From the IMG/VR virus record IMGVR_UViG_3300045135_000252, positions 9,627 to 73,626 of that record: a stretch of DNA of 64,000 bases, one strand, 5' to 3'. The position numbers and the translations under genes were made by a program. Below the pieces are notes generated by a model that had not been told where the DNA came from, ran no database searches, and saw nothing but the letters and a program-made list of their open reading frames with translations. Below, one piece after another: positions 37,058 through 46,276 of this stretch. Positions within the stretch are counted from its first letter, which is position 1, and the number at the start of each line of letters is the position of its first letter. The DNA is from a virus.

Positions 37058-38883
37058 TACTTACAATCTCCATATGAGTCGCCAACACCAGACTCGCAAT
37101 CAAGCGGTAGCTCTAGTGCCCACTTGGGTCGCATCCGCATACACATCTCGACATATTCACGGGCTGTGTCAGCTTCGTCTTCCGGAACCAGACAGCATAT
37201 CGCATCGTGTACCGTCATAACGACTTGGTACTTCTTTGCTACACGTAACATCTGCTCACCGATAACGATACGGGCTAGTGCTTGGCACACGTTTTCCACA
37301 ACTTTTCCACCGTAGATACGGTTAGGTATAGTGGCTCGGCCTTTCTTGGTGTCGTACACCAATTCATCGCGTCCTTCCTCGTTGACTTGTCGTCTCAGAT
37401 TTGGATACTTGATATAGAACCCGTTAGGGAGACGGATACCGTGTTTTCCCTCCACGGTTAAAGCTAACCCTCTCCCTAGCGGGGACGTTGCGTCTCGCTC
37501 GATAGCGTTTAGCGCATCACCTGCGGCACGCCAAAGCAAGGGAATCTGCGGGTAAGTCTCTCGGTATACTCTGATAATCCGTTGACATTCATCTGCGGGT
37601 AAATCGACACCAAAGGTTTTTAACTGCGTACCAAACTTGGCCGCACCCATGCCGTAACCTGCACCAAGGATTGTTGTCTTGCCGACAAACCGTTCGTCCT
37701 TCGTGATCTCCTCCACTTCCTTGCCGTAGATGGCGGAAGCCATAATCTTGTACACATCTTCGCCTTTGTCGAAAGCGTCTACGAGATCGTCTTGCCCTGC
37801 TAGCCATGCGAGCGTCCTTGCTTCGATCTGTGATGAATCTGAATCAATCAGTTTATACCCAATCGGTGCTTCCATCGCCATTTTGATAGCTGATGTACGG
37901 GGTAGGTTTTGCAGGTTTACTTTGTCGTCTCCGCCCCATCTACCTGTGTGCGCCGCATAGTAGCGTAGTGGTATGGGCAACGTGCCGCGATCCGCGATCT
38001 CAATAAAGCGTTGAGTACGGGTTTCTTCAATCGTCGATTTGACACCAAGCCTCGCTGAGACAAGAGCTTGTACTGCTTCGTTCTCATGTTCTAAGAGCGC
38101 CTTGAACGCTTCATCCGCCTTTGCGAACGCAAACGTTTCTTTACCCGTTGTAGGACTAACCTTCGTTGGCGGCTCGACTCCGCAAGCTCTAAGAGCTTTC
38201 GCAAATTTATCATTGCTCATTAACTCCTCACGACTCTGAGTAATCATGCTCATCAGTCGGGCTTTGTTTTCTTTAACGTGCTGTAAGTGTTCTTGCAGTA
38301 TGTGTTTGTTTAGCTCAATACAAGGCTTAGTAAACATACGTAGAGTGAGATCAATGAGATTAAGCTCACTAACAGGAAACCTTTTAATAAGGATTTCAAA
38401 AAGCGCATAGGTCAAGTCCACATCGTTAATACAGTATCCAGCATATGCTTGTAGCTGTGCCTTTGGAAAGTCCAGACGCTTTAGTCCTAACGCATTAACT
38501 ACTTCAGTGCCCTTCTTACCTAAACCGTAATACTGGGTTAGTGCGGCCAGACTTCCACCTACCTCAATAGTGTGAAGCGCCCGTGCCATGCACAGCGTAT
38601 CTGCTAACTTCTTTGGGTGTATATCGAAATGCCACGCCATAATTGCAAAGTCGAACATTCCGTTGTGGGCAAGAGCAATGTTGTCTTCCCACGGGAACTG
38701 ATCTAGCCACCGCTGTGTTTGCGCCTTAGTTCCGCTAAACCACTCAGTTTCTTCGTCGTTCTTCTTTACAGCTACGCCGATAACCTCAAAGCGAGGGTCA
38801 CGTATGTATTCTTCTGTTGTTAGTTTGTTGAGTCCGTAGTCCTTCGCGTAATACGTCTCGAAATCAATCGTATAAATATCCAT
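37057..38883 (-). CDS. polA: DNA polymerase family A with 3'-5' exonuclease
   Basis: IDFETYY, AHNGMFD and YCINDV exonuclease motifs; HTGRWGG, NLQNLP, DSSQIEAR, RFVGKTTILGAGYGMG and TVHDAI polymerase motifs. Confidence 0.95.
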   Translation of the reverse strand: MDIYTIDFETYYAKDYGLNKLTTEEYIRDPRFEVIGVAVKKNDEETEWFSGTKAQTQRWLDQFPWEDNIALAHNGMFDFAIMAWHFDIHPKKLADTLCMARALHTIEVGGSLAALTQYYGLGKKGTEVVNALGLKRLDFPKAQLQAYAGYCINDVDLTYALFEILIKRFPVSELNLIDLTLRMFTKPCIELNKHILQEHLQHVKENKARLMSMITQSREELMSNDKFAKALRACGVEPPTKVSPTTGKETFAFAKADEAFKALLEHENEAVQALVSARLGVKSTIEETRTQRFIEIADRGTLPIPLRYYAAHTGRWGGDDKVNLQNLPRTSAIKMAMEAPIGYKLIDSDSSQIEARTLAWLAGQDDLVDAFDKGEDVYKIMASAIYGKEVEEITKDERFVGKTTILGAGYGMGAAKFGTQLKTFGVDLPADECQRIIRVYRETYPQIPLLWRAAGDALNAIERDATSPLGRGLALTVEGKHGIRLPNGFYIKYPNLRRQVNEEGRDELVYDTKKGRATIPNRIYGGKVVENVCQALARIVIGEQMLRVAKKYQVVMTVHDAICCLVPEDEADTAREYVEMCMRMRPKWALELPLDCESGVGDSYGDCK

Positions 38884-38908
38884 TGGCTCTTTGCGACCTT
38901 GCTATGCG

Positions 38909-39337
38909 TTAGGTGTTGGGGTCGGAACTGTCATCAACCTTTGACTGGATGAAGTCAGAAGCGCATTTCGATAAGCTACGTGCGACTTCGGTAGTCGTGA
39001 AAGGTATTGTCCTTTGACTATTACCACCAAACTTAACCCCGCCCCTAGGTGTAGGGCGGTCTTGATCCCGCAATAGTTCGTTCATGATGCGCTGAGTAGT
39101 CAGATCACCTTGGACATACATTAGTTTCTTGAATACTTCTCCGACTTCTTCGTCAGATAGGAAACCAAGCAGGAAGCACGGCTCTTTGCGAATGATCGCC
39201 TCGGCACGTTCCATAAGTGGTCTTACGATGAACTCCCAACGCTTTTCAGGGTTAAGCTGTGTAGCTCTGAACGTCAGGTCAAATTCTTCAGGATGGCTCT
39301 CCATACGAGCCATGAGAATCTCCATGCTCTTGTGCAT
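38909..39337 (-). CDS. Hypothetical protein
   Basis: 142 aa with a GAGGT RBS; ILMARMESHPEEF. Confidence 0.65.
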   Translation of the reverse strand: MHKSMEILMARMESHPEEFDLTFRATQLNPEKRWEFIVRPLMERAEAIIRKEPCFLLGFLSDEEVGEVFKKLMYVQGDLTTQRIMNELLRDQDRPTPRGGVKFGGNSQRTIPFTTTEVARSLSKCASDFIQSKVDDSSDPNT

Positions 39338-39617
39338 AAGTAATTACCTCTAATACTTCAACGATATTATCTTCGTTTATAACTCTGGTTATGCCGCCCG
39401 CACTCCGTATGTCTCGCATCTCTTTTTCTTGTAGTGCAGTTGGCTTATTGCTACCTGCCTTGCACTCAATGCCGATGAAGACACCGTTGCAACAACAGAT
39501 AATGTCAGGCACACCGCTACGTCCATACCCGTGCGTAGCAGGGAAGAAGTAGTACACGCCATGTTCCTTGAGAACCTTAACGATCTTGTCTTTTACTTTC
39601 TTTTCAGGTGTAGCCAT
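39288..39617 (-). CDS. VRR-NUC nuclease / Holliday junction resolvase-like
   Basis: TPEKKVK, G.GRSGVPDII, FIGIECKA and PTALQ......I..AGG motifs. Confidence 0.9.
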   Translation of the reverse strand: MATPEKKVKDKIVKVLKEHGVYYFFPATHGYGRSGVPDIICCCNGVFIGIECKAGSNKPTALQEKEMRDIRSAGGITRVINEDNIVEVLEVITYAQEHGDSHGSYGEPS

Positions 39618-39623
39618 AGGTCA

Positions 39624-39652
39624 ACGGTAACTGTCATTTTTGGCAATGTCAA
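39624..39652 (-). promoter_or_regulatory. Putative sigma70 promoter of the polymerase operon
   Basis: TTGACA-17 nt-TACCGT; the predicted +1 falls at the ATG of the VRR-NUC gene. Confidence 0.55.
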
Positions 39653-39713
39653 ATACTTTTTTGGGGTGATCCGACTAACAAATGTTAGTCCGACCTGTTC
39701 GTTGTATAGACGT

Positions 39714-39738
39714 AAAAAAGCCCCGACTAGCGGGGCTT
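39714..39738 (-). terminator. Rho-independent terminator ending the early operon
   Basis: AAGCCCCG-5 nt-CGGGGCTT followed by a T-run on the minus strand. Confidence 0.8.
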
Positions 39739-39742
39739 CGAT

Positions 39743-39907
39743 TCACTGTTGTGATTCAGCGTAATTCGTAAGTACAGTCCGAATCATCTTCGTGTAGTTA
39801 GGCCATTGCTTGTAGTAGTCAAGCACTTCCTGCGGTATACGCACGTTTACGTGTACCAGTGTAGGGGCTTTCTGTTTTCCGCGCCCCTTCCGTTTAGGTT
39901 GCTCCAT
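39743..39907 (-). CDS. 54-aa ribbon-helix-helix protein, BrnA antitoxin-like (not in ORF track)
   Basis: GGAGG RBS; MEQPKRKGRGKQKAPTLVHVNVRIPQEVLDYYKQWPNYTKMIRTVLTNYAESQQ, an alternating beta strand followed by two helices. Confidence 0.7.
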   Translation of the reverse strand: MEQPKRKGRGKQKAPTLVHVNVRIPQEVLDYYKQWPNYTKMIRTVLTNYAESQQ

Positions 39908-40775
39908 TGTCTTCCTCCAAGCTGACGTAATAATGTGTTTCGGTTTCGCGGTAGCCCACGTTAATTAGGGTTTGCCCATTCTCTATGAGCTTCAACATAC
40001 CGACCCTGCGTTTTAGCAAGTCGGGTAGTGTAGCATTTTCGTACGTGTAGAATTGGCCGTCGTCTGTTTCCACGGCATACGTGTTCCCATGAATTAGAAC
40101 AACCGCCCCTTTCTTTTCTTTCTCGCATTTCTCAATGCTCCTCTTAATCTCGCTATCCTCGTAGGCTTCTCTTAGTCGCTGTGTTTGTTTGTAGCCATGC
40201 TCTTCAGCTATCCGCATATACTTTTCCAAGTCACTCATCAGATAGTCAGACAGGTGATGACAAAACTTCTGGAAGTGGTTGTGCCACTCACCAGACGCGC
40301 AATACGCATTAGTGCCCACGCTTCTACGTACTGTGCTACGTGCTTCGCTCATCAACTCCTTCAGGTCTTTCGGTCTGAAGTTCTTGAGGATTAGCTTCTT
40401 CGCTTTGTCTAGCTTCGTAGTCTTATCCGCGTTGCCACGCTCACGCTTACCCCATATGCGATGGTTGCTGATTGTGTAGCAGGGTTTGTGGCCGTAGTAG
40501 TCACGACCAATATCGCCAAGCTCTTCGCCATCACAATACACAACCCATCGGTGCGGGTAATACTTCTCGTCAGCACACCCCGCATTGGTAGCACGTAGGT
40601 GATAGCCTCGGAACTCCCACTTAGGGAACTGCTTCGCTAATGGTAAGAGCAAGTCACCCATGAACTTATCCATGTGCAACTTGTCCATGATGTTGTTGTC
40701 AGCAAGTGTCTGATCGGACAGCATCAAGACCACGTTCGGGTACTCACTTAGAAATTGATGTTTGTTTTGCGACAT
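39894..40775 (-). CDS. Hypothetical early protein
   Basis: Long ORF; start re-assigned to MSQNKH after GAGGT. Confidence 0.7.
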   Translation of the reverse strand: MSQNKHQFLSEYPNVVLMLSDQTLADNNIMDKLHMDKFMGDLLLPLAKQFPKWEFRGYHLRATNAGCADEKYYPHRWVVYCDGEELGDIGRDYYGHKPCYTISNHRIWGKRERGNADKTTKLDKAKKLILKNFRPKDLKELMSEARSTVRRSVGTNAYCASGEWHNHFQKFCHHLSDYLMSDLEKYMRIAEEHGYKQTQRLREAYEDSEIKRSIEKCEKEKKGAVVLIHGNTYAVETDDGQFYTYENATLPDLLKRRVGMLKLIENGQTLINVGYRETETHYYVSLEEDNGAT

Positions 40776-40782
40776 ATTTACC

Positions 40783-41634
40783 TCACCACTCAAACTGACC
40801 TAGTACGCTATCCACTTTCGCTTTTAGCTCACCCCGGGCATACTCGGAGTCTTTGATTACATCTACGTCAGTAGCCATTAGTGCTACTTCCAGTTGGCGT
40901 CTCGCTGACTCTAAGTCTGGGTCATTGTTCACATTCAAGTGACTGAGCAGACCGCACAAGTCCTGCGCGTTGGTGATAAACGTATCGTGGAATCTGCGTT
41001 TCTTCTCATCTGGTGCATCAGTCAGCTTCTCGCTCATACCCTTGAGTGTCTTGTGCAACCGACCCCATGCGTCCTTCATCGCATCGTTGACCCGTGTACT
41101 GAAGTCAGCTTCGTACTGCTCGCGTAGCTCGTTGAGTTCTTCGCTTGCTACGTCAAGCACAAAGTGTCCAGAGTCAGGGACAGGGCTAAACGTGTAGCGG
41201 TAAGCAAACTTCTCGGCTACCTCCTCAACGTGTGGGTAATCGCTAGCGTTGAACAGCGAACCCAAGTAGTTCTGACTGATCTGCACCAGTTGTGGATAAT
41301 CTATTAGGAACTGCGAGACCATTGAATCGAACTTGGCCTTGCGATCATTAAGCTCCTGCTTGTAGTCCATGAACATACTCGTTGGTAGCATACGCGCACC
41401 AGAGTTTGCCCACGGTAACGTTTTAACGTTGTGCCATAAGCGACAACCTGCCGCGAAATCGGCAATCTCTTTCCGTTGGCTTGAACCTGCCATCAGATTC
41501 TTACGCACTTGGGCGGCTTTATCAGTGGCACAGTTTTGTGTAATCACTACGTCAGTAGCGTTCTTGTCCAGTTTGTTTGCAGTCCAAACTGAAATGTTAT
41601 GCTCTACGAGCAATGCTCTTGCTGTAATACTCAT
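40783..41634 (-). CDS. DUF3150-like protein of the AAA/vWA module
   Basis: ALLVE..IS.WT..KLD, TLPW...G.R.LP, G.LF...DYP and LN...DP.LE..R motifs. Confidence 0.65.
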   Translation of the reverse strand: MSITARALLVEHNISVWTANKLDKNATDVVITQNCATDKAAQVRKNLMAGSSQRKEIADFAAGCRLWHNVKTLPWANSGARMLPTSMFMDYKQELNDRKAKFDSMVSQFLIDYPQLVQISQNYLGSLFNASDYPHVEEVAEKFAYRYTFSPVPDSGHFVLDVASEELNELREQYEADFSTRVNDAMKDAWGRLHKTLKGMSEKLTDAPDEKKRRFHDTFITNAQDLCGLLSHLNVNNDPDLESARRQLEVALMATDVDVIKDSEYARGELKAKVDSVLGQFEW

Positions 41635-41666
41635 TGGTAGTTACCTCTATTTAGTTATAAGTCTGA

Positions 41667-41870
41667 CTAACAAATGTTAGTCTCATCGTTTTGGATTATT
41701 TTATGTCTGACCGCAATGCGATCCCCTAGGTCAACGACCTCTGCGCGTCCTTCGCCCACTTCAACAATGGAGTGAACAGCCCGACGCAATCTGCTTTTTG
41801 TTTTTACTAAAGCAGCTATAAACATGACGTTTGCCGATAGCGACAACGACAGTATGATTGCCATCTCCAT
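41667..41870 (-). CDS. Small membrane-anchored protein
   Basis: N-terminal hydrophobic helix; its stop codon lies inside a palindrome copy. Confidence 0.6.
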   Translation of the reverse strand: MEMAIILSLSLSANVMFIAALVKTKSRLRRAVHSIVEVGEGRAEVVDLGDRIAVRHKIIQNDETNIC

Positions 41871-42115
41871 CAGTTTTCCTCCGGTTTGCCCGCCAACTTC
41901 GCCATGTTGTATTGGCGATCTGTCAGCATCTTCATCTGAATTGGTTCGCCCAATTCGTCTTGGTTGTACACATGGTACGTAGTCACACGGTCATCTCCGT
42001 ACCCTTTGCGCTTCTCCTCGTGAATCTCCGCGTCACGTATCGTGTCCCAGATAATCTGCGCTTGGTCGGCACTAAGCACGTATGACTTGTACCCAATCTC
42101 AAATAAGAATCTCAT
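41870..42115 (-). CDS. Hypothetical protein
   Basis: 81-aa translationally coupled ORF. Confidence 0.6.
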   Translation of the reverse strand: MRFLFEIGYKSYVLSADQAQIIWDTIRDAEIHEEKRKGYGDDRVTTYHVYNQDELGEPIQMKMLTDRQYNMAKLAGKPEEN

Positions 42116-43326
42116 TCTATTCCGTCCTTTATGTTTACTGACTTACCCACAGGCGCAGTATGATCTGATGTGATAACCCACAAGATCGGCTTCGCCCACT
42201 CATTACCCCAGTTATGTATGTACCCATCGGTCAGCATGATGATGCAGTCGGGGTCAATGTTCTTGTCCTGCATATAGCTGTGTACGCACGTAGGGTCAGT
42301 GCCCCCACCACCTCTCGGTTTGGTTGAGTCTTCTAGCGTAGTCAGAGTCGCAGAGTCGTACTCCTCGTGCCCCGCTACTTCGTGATCCCAGTAGATCAAG
42401 TCCACCTTCTCAGGGTTCACCGTCTCGGCTATCGCTTTGACTTCGGACAGGAACACGCTTATCTCGTGTTGCCCAATCGAACCTGATGTGTCTACGCCTA
42501 CCACGATATGTCCAACACGTTCGCCAATGAGCGATGGCATATACATATCCATACTCAGATAGCGTCTGTTGATCCTTCGCCACGAGCTTGCGTCTTTCGC
42601 ATTACAGGTAGCGTTGACAAACTCACGCAGTACCTCGCGCCAGTCCACCTGTGGTTCTAGCAAGTCACCAAGTTCACGGCACATATTGCCCGCGCCTTTA
42701 CCCGCTAGTTTCTGTGCAGTCATCTGGCCTTGGCGTAGTGCTTGGTCAACCTCGCGCTCTAGCTCTTTGACTTCCTCTTGGGTTAGCTCTTGCGCTCCTT
42801 CCCAGTCATGCTCGTCAAAGCCACCGCCTTCACCATCTTGTCCCTGCCCGCCGGAACCACTACCTTCCTGTTGCTCCTGCTTCAGTAGGTCGAAGACTTG
42901 TTTAGTGTTAAGACCTTTGTACTTTGTATCCAACAGCCCGTAGATTTCACCGTCTTTGCGTGGTATCGCAATGGTCTGCTCGTTCGGGTCTGTGTTGTGC
43001 AGTATCAGGTTAATCACGTAGTCACAAGCCATGTTCGCTAGACGGGCGTCCTCGTCATGTAACTTCTTCCAGATAATCAAGTGACGAAACGCTTTGTGCA
43101 GATTCTCGTGTAGCACAACAAACATAAGCTCCTTGTCGGTTAGCCCGTCAACAAACTCAGTGCCGTATATCTCGTCACGCCCATTGGTCGCGGCAGTTGG
43201 GAAGCCATCACGTACTTCGGTCTTGCCAACCATCATGATGCCAGACCACAACGCAAACTCAGGTTTCCGCATCAGTGTGATCTTGGCCTTCTTGACCCGT
43301 CTTTCAATTTTCGATCTGTCTAACAT
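42112..43326 (-). CDS. Metallopeptidase-like (HExxH) plus vWA domain protein (DUF2201-like)
   Basis: TAATNG, VLHENLH, N.ACDYVIN; MIDAS motif VGVDTSGSI, GGGGTD and LTDGY. Confidence 0.88.
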   Translation of the reverse strand: MLDRSKIERRVKKAKITLMRKPEFALWSGIMMVGKTEVRDGFPTAATNGRDEIYGTEFVDGLTDKELMFVVLHENLHKAFRHLIIWKKLHDEDARLANMACDYVINLILHNTDPNEQTIAIPRKDGEIYGLLDTKYKGLNTKQVFDLLKQEQQEGSGSGGQGQDGEGGGFDEHDWEGAQELTQEEVKELEREVDQALRQGQMTAQKLAGKGAGNMCRELGDLLEPQVDWREVLREFVNATCNAKDASSWRRINRRYLSMDMYMPSLIGERVGHIVVGVDTSGSIGQHEISVFLSEVKAIAETVNPEKVDLIYWDHEVAGHEEYDSATLTTLEDSTKPRGGGGTDPTCVHSYMQDKNIDPDCIIMLTDGYIHNWGNEWAKPILWVITSDHTAPVGKSVNIKDGIE

Positions 43327-43445
43327 TTGTTAGTCCTACCTCTTGGTTTTTGCTTACCTTTGAGCCAACACTTGGCACACATCGCGCCATAGTTGTCTCG
43401 CACTACGGGCTTATCCCCGCACCACTTGCACTTATCTTCGCTCAC
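43320..43445 (-). CDS. 41-aa zinc-finger peptide (not in ORF track)
   Basis: GTG start overlapping the AAA stop; MSEDKCKWCGDKPVVRDNYGAMCAKCWLKGKQKPRGRTNKC. Confidence 0.55.
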   Translation of the reverse strand: MSEDKCKWCGDKPVVRDNYGAMCAKCWLKGKQKPRGRTNKC

Positions 43446-44506
43446 AGTAAGTCCTCGTTCTTCTGTACCCAGTCAGCAAACGCTGATGAACTGAACGCCA
43501 CTGATTGTTTTTGTGGATTCTTCGCTATGTTGATGCAGAAGCACGCTTGCCACTCAGGTTCAAACCGTCCCAGATACTCCATGAACGGTGAGATGTTCTG
43601 CTTATCAATCTTGGTAATCGCACCGAACACCAGTACAGCACAAGCACCTGCGCTAGTAGGTACATCAGCCGTCTTGGGTGACTTGGTGATCGACTCCCAC
43701 GTTGGTAGCTGATCCTGATACTCGACATAGGCTTGCATATCTCGCGCACCTGCTTCGCCAATAGCACCAGTCAAAGCGGCAATCAGCGACTCTTGGTCTA
43801 TACGATCCCGTCCTTTCAGTACGTGCGAGGCTCGCTCCAAGGAACGAGGCGATACAAACGCTGTCTGTACTTTCTTAGGGTTAAAGATGTACGGGTTATT
43901 CTCTTGCCCCTCGTCAGTGTATGACGCTAGTGCGTGTGGGAACTGATGCACCCACGACATGACGACAGGCTCAATGTCATTGTTGACCGCCCACTCAAGC
44001 CACTCCTCAGAGCTAGGCTTTCTAACGTGTAGCGGAATAATACGGTTGCGTGTATGCGCTTTAAGTACGTCACCAACCCCATCACTTGAGAGGTTGCCGG
44101 TCAAAAAGATAATTGACTCTGGGTGTACTGACGTATCACCAAGGCGCGGGTTAGATGACTCGAGCAGCGGGTGCAACATATTCTTCACCGGCTCGGGAGC
44201 TTTCGTAAACTCGTCAAGCATCATCAGCACAGGCTTACCCGTGTGCATACCGAACCGCCCATTAGGGAAGTATTCGGTTATACCTAACTCACGATTTGCA
44301 ATCGGCATAGCGATGTCGCCAAGATCCAACTGCGAGCAGTCCATGTAAGACTTGAAATGCTCAGGCTTGCTGTCTCCGATCAGCTTCATGATGGACGACT
44401 TACCGATCCCCGGCTCACCCTGTAAGAAGTATCTTAGCTCTGGTGAAAGAGTGATAAGCGTTGCCGCTTGCTTCAAAGAAACAGATGTTCCGAATGTAAT
44501 AGACAT
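43442..44506 (-). CDS. MoxR-like AAA+ ATPase
   Basis: GEPGIGKS, MMLDEFTKA, LTGN, H.RNR and SPRSLE motifs; start re-assigned to MSITFG after GAGGT. Confidence 0.88.
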   Translation of the reverse strand: MSITFGTSVSLKQAATLITLSPELRYFLQGEPGIGKSSIMKLIGDSKPEHFKSYMDCSQLDLGDIAMPIANRELGITEYFPNGRFGMHTGKPVLMMLDEFTKAPEPVKNMLHPLLESSNPRLGDTSVHPESIIFLTGNLSSDGVGDVLKAHTRNRIIPLHVRKPSSEEWLEWAVNNDIEPVVMSWVHQFPHALASYTDEGQENNPYIFNPKKVQTAFVSPRSLERASHVLKGRDRIDQESLIAALTGAIGEAGARDMQAYVEYQDQLPTWESITKSPKTADVPTSAGACAVLVFGAITKIDKQNISPFMEYLGRFEPEWQACFCINIAKNPQKQSVAFSSSAFADWVQKNEDLL

Positions 44507-44602
44507 TTTAGTTACCTCTAATGTAATAGTTGTTAATGGTCTGGCTAACAAATGTTAGTGCGACCCCACTAGCGTATGTGTTCATTCCGCGCCAGTGTGT
44601 AT

Positions 44603-44631
44603 ATTGTACCACAATTATAGTCTTGTGTCAA
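44603..44631 (-). promoter_or_regulatory. Near-consensus sigma70 early promoter
   Basis: TTGACA-17 nt-TACAAT with an extended -10 TG. Confidence 0.85.
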
Positions 44632-44635
44632 GTTT

Positions 44636-45595
44636 CTAGCGAAAGAACTTCTCGTTCGCTGTGCTTGGTGTTTTGCCTCTAGGCACTTCCTTATCGTAGA
44701 AAACCTCCTCCCTGTGTAGCCGTAAGATAAAGTTATCAAACGCTTTCAGTGCTTGGTTAGGCGTACAGATCACGTTGTCGCTATGCCAACCACCGTTGTA
44801 ACCACCGCACCATGCGGCCAATAGCCATAGCTTGTGAGACATAACGAGATCGCCCTCGTTCGCTAGACTCACCATCTCCACAATGTCATCTTGCGAGCCA
44901 AGCCCAACGTCCAGACTCATCTTCGGCAACTTGCGTTGTATCTCCCAGTACGAACCGCCCCACTGTGGCTCTCGTGATACCTCCAGATCGAACAACTCAA
45001 CGAACTCACTGAACGCATACAGTCCGTCATCGCGTAGCTTCGACATACCTTTGATGTAGTCATAGATGCGCTGATACTTTTTACGCACCGTCTTGGCGAC
45101 ACCTCGGTTTACTGCTTTCTGCGTAAGCGTAGGCGGGTTCACGTATTGCAATTTGTAGTCCCGTTTGTATTGCGGGTAGTCATGATTCTTCACCCACTTC
45201 AGTATTGATGGCTTTTTGCGGAACCGCTCTAGTAACGGTAGCCACTCATTATCTAAGCACACCCACAAGTGATTCTTCTCTCGGCAGAACTGTACACCTA
45301 ACAGGCTAGTCAGTTGCTCGTACACGCAGTTGTACAGATACGCCTGTATGTGTATCTCACCGTTCGGCTTCCACTTCACAATGTAGTCATGCTCATTGTT
45401 TGGCTCACCGCTACTCGACCACCCCTCAAAGTACACAACGTCATCATTCGCTAGGCGTTTGATCTGCATATACTTGCGCGAGCGCAGGTGTATCGGCTTC
45501 TGGTTTGTGCCTCGGATAGGCACTACTTGCTCCTCGTGTGTTAGAGCCTTCATATAGGTATCTAACGTAGGAAACATATTGCATTTAAACATCAT
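44636..45595 (-). CDS. Hypothetical early protein
   Basis: Long ORF; likely start MMFKC after GGAG (track start is 45655). Confidence 0.7.
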   Translation of the reverse strand: MMFKCNMFPTLDTYMKALTHEEQVVPIRGTNQKPIHLRSRKYMQIKRLANDDVVYFEGWSSSGEPNNEHDYIVKWKPNGEIHIQAYLYNCVYEQLTSLLGVQFCREKNHLWVCLDNEWLPLLERFRKKPSILKWVKNHDYPQYKRDYKLQYVNPPTLTQKAVNRGVAKTVRKKYQRIYDYIKGMSKLRDDGLYAFSEFVELFDLEVSREPQWGGSYWEIQRKLPKMSLDVGLGSQDDIVEMVSLANEGDLVMSHKLWLLAAWCGGYNGGWHSDNVICTPNQALKAFDNFILRLHREEVFYDKEVPRGKTPSTANEKFFR

Positions 45596-45764
45596 CTTTC
45601 TCCACATTCCGTCCGGTGCTATGTACCACTGTGCCATTGTCGGTCTCCCTAACATTTGTTAGTCCTACCCTCTTGGCGCGAACAGCTTCGCGCTTTGCGA
45701 GGAACTCTTTTGCCTTCTGGCGATCAAGCACTAGGTTGTGCTTACTTCCTTTTGACTTGTGCAT
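45585..45764 (-). CDS. 59-aa hypothetical protein (not in ORF track)
   Basis: MHKSKGSKHNLVLDRQKAKEFLAKR...; overlaps both neighbours and contains a palindrome copy. Confidence 0.45.
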   Translation of the reverse strand: MHKSKGSKHNLVLDRQKAKEFLAKREAVRAKRVGLTNVRETDNGTVVHSTGRNVEKDDV

Positions 45765-45915
45765 CAGCTTCCATCTCCTTCTGCTTATCAGTCACAAAAT
45801 TCACCGCGATACGATAGATGTGCCACGGTATCTCACTGTCTGGCTGTGTTGATTGGTCAATCACCCAATGACACAACTCAAACAAATCCCCTAACTGCTT
45901 ATCATCAACAGTCAT
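45742..45915 (-). CDS. 57-aa hypothetical protein (not in ORF track)
   Basis: MTVDDKQLGDLFELCHWV...; TAATG coupling to the upstream gene. Confidence 0.55.
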   Translation of the reverse strand: MTVDDKQLGDLFELCHWVIDQSTQPDSEIPWHIYRIAVNFVTDKQKEMEADAQVKRK

Positions 45916-46130
45916 TACTTCTCTCCTCGCAACAGCTTCTGCGCTGTGTCCAGTTCTTTCTCAAGACGCAGTATCCGGTCATCGCGTTGGCTTAGTGCCT
46001 TCTTCGCGTCCATCACAGAGCATTGCAACTGAAGTATGCACAACTCGCGTTCCCACGAGTCATACTGCTCCTTCGTCATTATCGCTAGCGCAATGTCTAG
46101 CTTGGTATCTGTTGGGATATCTTCACCCAT
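45915..46130 (-). CDS. Small coiled-coil protein
   Basis: GAGGAG RBS; heptad-rich C-terminus. Confidence 0.6.
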   Translation of the reverse strand: MGEDIPTDTKLDIALAIMTKEQYDSWERELCILQLQCSVMDAKKALSQRDDRILRLEKELDTAQKLLRGEK

Positions 46131-46275
46131 CGTTTGACTCCTCTATTTGTATGGCAACAAACCCATGAAAGTCGTATCCGTCTTCCGTGGCTTCAAAGAC
46201 AAGAATCCAGTCCTTATCGCTGTATTTCTTACATACAGCGGATATCTCATCTGCCCACTTGTCTACTTCGCTCAT
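46123..46275 (-). CDS. 50-aa acidic protein (not in ORF track)
   Basis: MSEVDKWADEISAVCKKYSDKDWILVFEATEDGYDFHGFVAIQIEESNDG; fills a gap in the operon. Confidence 0.55.
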   Translation of the reverse strand: MSEVDKWADEISAVCKKYSDKDWILVFEATEDGYDFHGFVAIQIEESNDG

Positions 46276-46276
46276 C

